DNA from: an uncultured Candidatus Saccharibacteria bacterium
GTDB taxonomy: Bacteria; Patescibacteriota; Minisyncoccia; Phycocordibacterales; UBA9973
Length of the DNA: 64,000 nt
Direction: 5' to 3'
Assembly: GCA_964599225.1 (NCBI GenBank)
Contig: CAZRDO010000003.1
Span: 8,066-72,065 of the forward strand
Shown here: one piece after another, positions 57,051-64,000 of the stretch
Layout of the letters: each line of letters opens with the position of its first letter
Position numbering within the stretch: position 1 is the stretch's first letter
Notes under the pieces: generated by a model
What the model was told of the DNA's origin: nothing
Seen by the model: the letters and a program-made list of their open reading frames with translations, nothing else
Databases searched by the model: none
Translations under genes and position numbers: made by a program

Positions 57051-59075
57051 ATGTTCAAAAACACTAGTTTTACAGGAGTTTTGACTGCAGTTGCAGTCTT
57101 TGCGCTGCCTTTTGTGGTTTCGCATAAGCTTTTCTATGGCGCGACCAATGCCAAGTACTTCTTCGTAGTGGGATTTGTAGCAGTTTTGGGACTCATCTTT
57201 ACCTACCAATTAATCTTTAATAAAATTACGCTTTCAGTTCGAAAGCGCTATCTGCTTTGGATTCTAGGAGCTCTACTAGTGCTTCATTACATTAGCAGTC
57301 TTTTTGGTCCGTATTTGTCGATGTCACTTTGGTCAGATATATTGCGAAGTACCGGTGTTTATTTCTTCAGCGCACTCTCGCTGATGGCCTATTTTCTCTC
57401 TGAATTACTCAAACGAGAGGATTGGATACTTATTCGTCGAGTGGTTATTGTCTCATGTGTCTTCTTCTCATTTCTCTATTTCTTTGGGGCTGAAGGGGCA
57501 GGGTTTACTACTAGAATCATCTCAATTAAATTAGATGTGATCGGACTTACGCTCGGTAACTCTACATTTGCCGGCGCGTATGTGCTCTTCGGTGTCATTT
57601 TCACATTGATTGAGCTTGGCTATAGTCGAGGGAAGCGATGGTTACAAATTGGACTTGTGGGTGGATTACTTATCGAGCTTCTCTCACCACTCTACTTCAA
57701 TTCTCATCTGTGGCGTGGAGTAAGTACATTTGCCGATGCGATAAAAAACCCATTTGATTTTTTTGGCACTGCACAAGCTTCCGCAGTCACGGTTTTTGCT
57801 GTTCTTGTTTATTGGGGAATTGTGACCCTTATTAAAAAATTCACTAATGAATCAAATAGAAAAACTATACTTACTATTCATGCTCTAGTTTGGATACTTG
57901 GTGTTACTATCGGCGTGCTACTTCTCTTTGTCCCAGGCTCACCAGTGCAAGATCGTTATATCGCTAAATCAACAGCGGCTCGTGTCATAGTCTGGCAGAG
58001 TGGATGGGAAGCGATCAAAGAGCGACCGCTCTTGGGCTATGGACCAGAGAATTTCGCACTCGCAGTTCAGGGTCATTTTGATAACAGGCTTTATCTAGAA
58101 GAGAATATTGGTGAGACCTGGTTTGATCGCGCACACAACTTCTTCATTGATACACTTGTTCGAATTGGCTTTGTAGGTATCGCAGTATACCTGGGCCTTC
58201 TTATTTATCTTGGACATGTGTTCCTACGGGCTGGGAAAGCCGGCAGTATAAGTCGAAATGAGTCGCATCTACTTTGTGTACTTATTTTCGGTCACATACT
58301 CCAATTACAGACATCATTCGATACTATTGCAACTCATAGCCTACTACTCCTTCTAGCTGGCTATGGTCTATGGCTAGAACGTGAGCGCACACAATTAGCA
58401 AGTCTTCCCTTGAAATCAAAATCTATGGCTAGTGCTCGTTATCCACAAATAGTTGTGGGATGTGCCGTTTTTATACTTATTGTAGCGAGTGTCCCATCGC
58501 TCATCTTTGCTGAACACACGAGGCAGAAAGCACTCTACAATGTTTTCGTCGAGAACAATGATACCGAAAGAATCGAATTTGCAAAGAAGGCAGTGGAGAG
58601 AGCCTCAAGTTTTGAATCTCTTAGACTTTCATCAACATCATTCGTAAAAGGGCTACTTGAGAAAATTGCTGATCATAGTGCAACCGAACTACTTATCACA
58701 ACTGCAAAAGAAGAAATTAAAATCTACGAAGAAGCATTTGAAAAGAGACTCTCTGAGAATCCCGCTGACTATCGATCACATATGGATCTCGCGTACCTCT
58801 ATCTCACGAGTACTATCATCGGAGACAATCAAACGAAGCGAGCCAAGGAACTTATCAGTGCTTCGTACGAGCTTTCACCAGAGAATCCGCTGACCTATAC
58901 ACTCGATGCGCTCACAGAGCTCTATCAAGGCAATATTGCAGAAGCGAAAAGAATTGCCGCACTTGGTTTGACACTGAATCCAGAGATCGAAATGTCAAAG
59001 AAAGTTGTCACGCACATAGAAGCTCAGGCTAAGAGTTTCCCAGAAATTAGCGTCCTTCGACTTGAGAACCTCTAA
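57051..59075 (+). CDS. O-antigen ligase/oligosaccharyltransferase-like (Wzy_C) protein with TPR-like tail
   Basis: LGNSTF, R...W......ERPLLGYGPENF, FDRAHN. Confidence 0.85.
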   Translation: MFKNTSFTGVLTAVAVFALPFVVSHKLFYGATNAKYFFVVGFVAVLGLIFTYQLIFNKITLSVRKRYLLWILGALLVLHYISSLFGPYLSMSLWSDILRSTGVYFFSALSLMAYFLSELLKREDWILIRRVVIVSCVFFSFLYFFGAEGAGFTTRIISIKLDVIGLTLGNSTFAGAYVLFGVIFTLIELGYSRGKRWLQIGLVGGLLIELLSPLYFNSHLWRGVSTFADAIKNPFDFFGTAQASAVTVFAVLVYWGIVTLIKKFTNESNRKTILTIHALVWILGVTIGVLLLFVPGSPVQDRYIAKSTAARVIVWQSGWEAIKERPLLGYGPENFALAVQGHFDNRLYLEENIGETWFDRAHNFFIDTLVRIGFVGIAVYLGLLIYLGHVFLRAGKAGSISRNESHLLCVLIFGHILQLQTSFDTIATHSLLLLLAGYGLWLERERTQLASLPLKSKSMASARYPQIVVGCAVFILIVASVPSLIFAEHTRQKALYNVFVENNDTERIEFAKKAVERASSFESLRLSSTSFVKGLLEKIADHSATELLITTAKEEIKIYEEAFEKRLSENPADYRSHMDLAYLYLTSTIIGDNQTKRAKELISASYELSPENPLTYTLDALTELYQGNIAEAKRIAALGLTLNPEIEMSKKVVTHIEAQAKSFPEISVLRLENL

Positions 59076-59077
59076 GA

Positions 59078-60178
59078 ATGAAAATCCTCTACGTTATTAC
59101 AAAGTCAGAAATGGGAGGAGCTCAGACCCATGTCTCTCTACTGATAGAATATATGAAGAATTCTGGTCATACTGTTGCAGTTATGGCGTCACCAAGGGGC
59201 TGGTTAGAAGAAAGATGTAAAAAACTAAATATTACTTTCTATCAGAACATATATTTTAAGAATAGCTATAATCCATTAAATCTCATCTATGCATTACATG
59301 GTGTGCGGACTATAGCATATCAAATAATGCCAGATATAGTTCACTGTCATAGTGGTGGTGGGGGGTTCTTTGGGAGATTAGGAACAATTGGAATACCAGC
59401 AAAAAAGATTTTTACAGCACATGGTTGGAGTTTTCGTCGAGGTGTTCCAATCCTACAGAGAGTGATTGGCTGGCTTGGTGAATTTCTAATGCGACCCCTG
59501 ACGGATATGACAATTTGTGTTTCTGAGTTTGATAGGGCTCTGGGTTTACGGGCTTCTATTCTTAGTCCAGACACATCGGTGGTTATCCATAATGGCGTTC
59601 CAATTCCTGATTATAAAATGCCCTCTCGGACCCCTGGGAAAATAAATATAATTTTTGCTGGTCGCTACGCTCCACCAAAGCGTCAGGACTTACTGCTAGA
59701 GGCTATCAGCTATCTACCAGAAGAGCTCAGAAGTCGTATATCAATACAACTTCTTGGTAATGGACCAGAGAGAAGAAAGTTAGAGGAGTTTGCAGCTAAG
59801 CTTAATATTTCGAATATCATTCATTTTGATTCGCTTCCGACAGAGCGTATGGGAGAAGCATATATGTCAGGCAGCCTTCTAGTACTCATCTCTGACTATG
59901 AAGCTTTTCCTATGGTTATTCTCGAAGCCATGTCATATGGATTACCAATTATTGCGAGTAAAGTAGGCGGAATTCCTGAAATAGTGGATGAACATGTAGG
60001 AGTACTTATTCCTCCTCGAAGTACACCTCTAGCAATTAGTACAATACTTCAGAGAGTCTTGAGTAATACTTCAGAACTAGAAATGTATGGAGTTCATGCT
60101 AAGCGATGCATAGAAGAATCATTCTCAATTGAATTGATGTGTAAAAAAGTAGAGAAGTTATATGCAAGAACAAAATAA
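59078..60178 (+). CDS. GT4 glycosyltransferase
   Basis: GGAQTH, FTAHGW, EAFPMVILEAMSYGLP. Confidence 0.92.
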   Translation: MKILYVITKSEMGGAQTHVSLLIEYMKNSGHTVAVMASPRGWLEERCKKLNITFYQNIYFKNSYNPLNLIYALHGVRTIAYQIMPDIVHCHSGGGGFFGRLGTIGIPAKKIFTAHGWSFRRGVPILQRVIGWLGEFLMRPLTDMTICVSEFDRALGLRASILSPDTSVVIHNGVPIPDYKMPSRTPGKINIIFAGRYAPPKRQDLLLEAISYLPEELRSRISIQLLGNGPERRKLEEFAAKLNISNIIHFDSLPTERMGEAYMSGSLLVLISDYEAFPMVILEAMSYGLPIIASKVGGIPEIVDEHVGVLIPPRSTPLAISTILQRVLSNTSELEMYGVHAKRCIEESFSIELMCKKVEKLYARTK

Positions 60179-61322
60179 AAAGGTTCTTATATTCTCTCTG
60201 GTCTACCTGCCACGTTATGTCGGGGGAGCGGAGCTTGCAGTTAAAGAAATTACTGACCGGATTACTGGTATTGATTTTGACATGATTACGCTCTGCACAG
60301 AGCGTACACGTGTTGAAAAAGTCGGTAATATTATGGTCTATCGTGTGGGACTTTATTGTGGAGGACAGAGTTTCGTGCAGAGGATAATCCGTACGTGTAT
60401 GAAGTATATGTTTCCTTGTATGGCGCTTTGGAGGGCGACGGTACTCCATAAAGAAAAAAAATATCATACTATCTGGTCAATTATGGCCAATTATGCTGGT
60501 TTTGCAGCTTCATTTTTTAAACGGAAGTTTCCAAAAGTCTTCTTCATCCTCACACTCCAAGAAGGGGATCCGATTCCTTATATCAAGCGGCGTGTAAGAA
60601 TTGTATATCCATTATTTAAAAAAATATTTGAGCGGGCTGATGCCGTGCAAACAATCTCGCGCTATCTTTCGGATTTTGCAGTTGATATGGGTTTTGGTGG
60701 CACACCCTATGTTATTCCAAATGGAGTCGCAATAGAATATTTTTCACACCGATCCAGTGAAGTTGAGAGAAGCACACTTCGCCATAATCTTGGATTTGCT
60801 GAAAATAGTATTGTTATGGTGAGCGCTTCACGGCTTGTGAAAAAAAATGGACTAAAGGATGTCATTGATGCGCTAATGTATTTGCCCGAGCAGTACACAT
60901 TCCTTGTTATTGGTTCGGGGGAACTCGAGAAAAGTTTGAAGCTCCAAGTTATAAGTTTAATATTAGAAGATAGAGTACGTTTTACTGGCTATGTTCCTCA
61001 TAGTCAGTTACCTAAGTATTTCCATGCTTCAGATGTCTTTATTCGGCCGTCACTTTCAGAAGGACTCGGTAGTGCGTTTCTTGAAGCTATGGCCGCAGGG
61101 TTACCAGTTGTGGCAACGGAGGTTGGGGGAATCCCTGATTTTCTCAAAGACGGAGAGACAGGATTATTTTGTAAGGTAGAAGATCCAGAGTCTATCGCTC
61201 GTACGGTAAAGCTTCTTGAGAATCCAGTATTAAAAAAGAGTGTTATTGAGAATGGAACGGCCCTAATGAAGGAGTCGTATGATTGGTCTACTATAGCTTG
61301 TGAGATAAAAAAACTATTGTAA
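60162..61322 (+). CDS. GT4 glycosyltransferase
   Basis: GGAE, IPNGV, EGLGSAFLEAMAAGLP. Confidence 0.92.
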   Translation: MQEQNKKVLIFSLVYLPRYVGGAELAVKEITDRITGIDFDMITLCTERTRVEKVGNIMVYRVGLYCGGQSFVQRIIRTCMKYMFPCMALWRATVLHKEKKYHTIWSIMANYAGFAASFFKRKFPKVFFILTLQEGDPIPYIKRRVRIVYPLFKKIFERADAVQTISRYLSDFAVDMGFGGTPYVIPNGVAIEYFSHRSSEVERSTLRHNLGFAENSIVMVSASRLVKKNGLKDVIDALMYLPEQYTFLVIGSGELEKSLKLQVISLILEDRVRFTGYVPHSQLPKYFHASDVFIRPSLSEGLGSAFLEAMAAGLPVVATEVGGIPDFLKDGETGLFCKVEDPESIARTVKLLENPVLKKSVIENGTALMKESYDWSTIACEIKKLL

Positions 61323-61393
61323 TTCAAATATTTTACTGAAATGCCCTGCTTGACAGTGGGGGCCTTACTCATATACAGTCAGATAACAAACAT

Positions 61394-62836
61394 ATGTATA
61401 TACTGAAAATAAAGCAGTTTTTTAAGAAAAAGACCCATCTTATTGGAGCAGCAGTAGTTCTCCTTATTATCATACTCATTATATTTATTGGCGGTAACCA
61501 AAGTGAGGCTGAGACGGTTGTTGTAGAGCGTCGAGCGGTGGTTGAGAGTGTTGATATTGTCGGTAGTGTTCAAGCTGGCATTGTAGCTGATCTTGGCTTC
61601 CCTGTGTCTGGAATTCTCCGGCGCGTGTCAGCTGAAGTAAATCAAGTCGTAAACACAGGTACGGTTTTAATGTCGCTTGATCTCGGTACACTAGAATCAG
61701 AACTTGCAGTCAAGAATGCTAATCTCGCAATTGCCAAAGCAAAAGTCGATAATGATGCAGTTAATCTGGATGCAATAAAAGAAGAGCAAGATGCACTTGT
61801 AGCAAGCGCGTATGCAACCCTTCTTTCTGATGATCTCGTCGCAGAAGCAGAAAGTGAATCATATACTGTCACACCGCCCACTATTACAGGTAATTACAAG
61901 GGGCAAGAAGGAACCTATAAAATTCAGATTGAAGCGAAGACAAATGCACAGGGTACTTTCCTGCTCTCAACATTTAATCTTGAAAAAACAGAGCCAGTTG
62001 AAATAAAAGAAACAGCACCAACAATGGTAGGCACCAAGGGTCTCTTTATAGATTTTCCTGATTCAATAAGTGAATATGATGACACCATTTGGTATATAGT
62101 GATCCCAAATACTTCGAGCGCTTCATATAGTGTGAACTTCAACATGTATCAAGAGGCGCTTAAAACACGCACACGAGTACTCGAAGATGCAGAGGCTCTT
62201 ATCCGAGAAAATTCGGCTGGATCGTCAATTAGTGCAGCAAATCTTGCTATTGCACTTGCTGAAGTAAAAGGCGTTGAGGCACAAATTCGTGAGAGAATTC
62301 TCAGTGCGCCATTTAAAGGAACAATCACAGCAGTCAACAGTGATCTCGGAGAATCAGTTGCCGCTAACGAGTCAGTGCTCTCACTTATATCTCTTGATGA
62401 CTTGGGAATTGAAATTGATTTGCCTGAGATTGATAGTATTAAAGTCCTTGCAGGTGATAGCGCAACAGTCACACTTGATGCATTTGGGGAGGATGTTCAG
62501 TTTCCAGCAAAAGTTGTCCAAGTCAATCGTGCTGAAACGATTGTTGATGGCGTACCTGTGTATGAAGCGAGACTTGTATTTGATATTGAAGATGAGCGTA
62601 TCGCATCGGGCATGACTGCAGAGGTGCATATTATTACTGACATGCGAGAAGATGTTGTTACTCTACCTATTCGGGCAGTTCGGACACGCGCTGATATGTC
62701 TACTTATGTTGTAGTAATGAAAGACGATGAAAAGACAGAAGAAGTTCCGGTGACTATGGGTCTTCGCGGTAGTGATGGTTTCGTCGAGATCACACAGGGA
62801 CTCAGCGAAGGAGCGCTCGTAGTGATTCCAAAATAA
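61394..62836 (+). CDS. Efflux membrane-fusion (MacA/HlyD-like) adaptor
   Basis: LSAPFKGTI, GMTAEV.I, V.MGL.....VEI..GL.EG. Confidence 0.85.
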   Translation: MYILKIKQFFKKKTHLIGAAVVLLIIILIIFIGGNQSEAETVVVERRAVVESVDIVGSVQAGIVADLGFPVSGILRRVSAEVNQVVNTGTVLMSLDLGTLESELAVKNANLAIAKAKVDNDAVNLDAIKEEQDALVASAYATLLSDDLVAEAESESYTVTPPTITGNYKGQEGTYKIQIEAKTNAQGTFLLSTFNLEKTEPVEIKETAPTMVGTKGLFIDFPDSISEYDDTIWYIVIPNTSSASYSVNFNMYQEALKTRTRVLEDAEALIRENSAGSSISAANLAIALAEVKGVEAQIRERILSAPFKGTITAVNSDLGESVAANESVLSLISLDDLGIEIDLPEIDSIKVLAGDSATVTLDAFGEDVQFPAKVVQVNRAETIVDGVPVYEARLVFDIEDERIASGMTAEVHIITDMREDVVTLPIRAVRTRADMSTYVVVMKDDEKTEEVPVTMGLRGSDGFVEITQGLSEGALVVIPK

Positions 62837-62837
62837 T

Positions 62838-64000
62838 ATGTTTCGTGAGACCCTTCGAGTTGGCCTCTTCCTTGGTTGGAAGCAAATCAGACGTGCAAAT
62901 ATGTGGACAACAAGCCTCATCGTGTTCATCATGATGCTCACTTTCCTTAATCTCGTAGTAGTCTCTGGAATATTAGTCGGATTAATTGAAGGATCAGTAC
63001 GTGCATTTCGTGATCAACACACGGGAGACATCTTCCTCTCAACACCAGAAGGTGAATCGTTCATAGAAAAAAGCACAGACATACTTGCAACACTTGATAC
63101 CATCGAAGGCATTGAACGTTACAGTGCCCGTGCGACCGAGGGTGCAACTGTAGAAGCAAATTACCGTACGCGACGAGATCCTCACGAAGTTCGGGATACC
63201 GTTGCTACTCGTATTGTTGGAATCGATCCTCTAGCTGAAGATGCTGTTACCCACCTTTCTCATTATGTGGAAAGTGGAGCATATCTGACTGAAGGCGATG
63301 AAGGATCAATACTTGTTGGCGCAAATATGCTAGAAGAATATGCACCCGATTTTGGCGATGTATTTTCTACCATTGCTGGCGTCGAACCTGGGACACGAGT
63401 TCGGGTGACTGCACATGGAAACACGAGGGAATTTACGGTGAAAGGTATTATTAAATCGAAAGTTGATGAAACTTCATTTCGGGTATTTATGCTTGAAAGT
63501 GATTTTCGTCAGCTCGTCGGACGTACTAATATGAATGTGAATGAGGTGGCAATTACAGTTAGTGACACTACAACGCCACTTGCCGTGAAGTCAGCACTTA
63601 TTGGAAGTGGAATCGATTCACAAGCTACTGTCCGAATTTCGCGAGAAGCGCTTCCACAAGCACTCGAAGATATTATTGTTACCTTTAGCATACTTGGTAA
63701 TGCCATTAGTTCGATTGGGTTGGTAGTCTCTTCAATTACTGTTTTTATTGTGGTATTTATCAACGCAATCACCCGCAGAAAATACATTGGTATTTTGAAG
63801 GGTATTGGAATTAAGGCGAGCGCAATTGAATTTTCATATGTATTTCAATCTCTTATTTATGTACTCATTGGGGCAGGGATTGCGATGATCATTATTTATT
63901 CTGTATTAGTTCCGCTTCTCACTGCACATCCAATTGATTTCCCGTTCTCTGATGGTATATTGGTCGCGCCACTTGCAGGAACACTGGTACGTCTTTCGAT
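62838..64000 (+). CDS. ABC transporter permease (MacB/FtsX-like), 3'-truncated, not in ORF track
   Basis: MFRETLRVGLFLGWKQIRR...; TVFIVVFINAITRRKYIGILKGIG. Confidence 0.85.
   Translation, partial: MFRETLRVGLFLGWKQIRRANMWTTSLIVFIMMLTFLNLVVVSGILVGLIEGSVRAFRDQHTGDIFLSTPEGESFIEKSTDILATLDTIEGIERYSARATEGATVEANYRTRRDPHEVRDTVATRIVGIDPLAEDAVTHLSHYVESGAYLTEGDEGSILVGANMLEEYAPDFGDVFSTIAGVEPGTRVRVTAHGNTREFTVKGIIKSKVDETSFRVFMLESDFRQLVGRTNMNVNEVAITVSDTTTPLAVKSALIGSGIDSQATVRISREALPQALEDIIVTFSILGNAISSIGLVVSSITVFIVVFINAITRRKYIGILKGIGIKASAIEFSYVFQSLIYVLIGAGIAMIIIYSVLVPLLTAHPIDFPFSDGILVAPLAGTLVRLS

Overview
64-kb piece of a small-genome bacterium, by inference Patescibacteria/CPR (Parcubacteria-like). Indicators: genetic code 11, few Shine-Dalgarno sites, secE-nusG-rplK not followed by rplA, alpha2-type GlyRS, type-2 IleRS with a histidine-phosphatase insert, almost no biosynthetic genes, many membrane-anchored surface proteins. 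The core scaffold is argS, ileS, glyS, metG, recO, tatD, rpsF-ssb-rpsR, efp, recA and ftsK, interspersed with glycosylation and surface genes. I saw no tRNA, rRNA, CRISPR array, transposase or integrase. Most notable: (1) a helical-bundle/winged-HTH gene divergent from ftsK that sits in an array of about 17 AAGGACA-type heptamers and is followed by a perfect 44-bp palindrome; (2) an FN3 domain apparently split across neighbouring surface-protein genes; (3) a metallopeptidase gene bracketed by a duplicated recA 3' end; (4) an actinobacterial-type ultrashort ileS T-box carrying hairpin insertions; (5) a secreted protein of 18 in-register Tyr-led hexapeptides; (6) a stand-alone T9SS sorting-domain protein; (7) a TcB/TcC-like Rhs toxin with an RNase A-like tip and candidate immunity genes; (8) 7-nt-period repeats abutting start codons. 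All family assignments are by eye from motifs; no searches were run.
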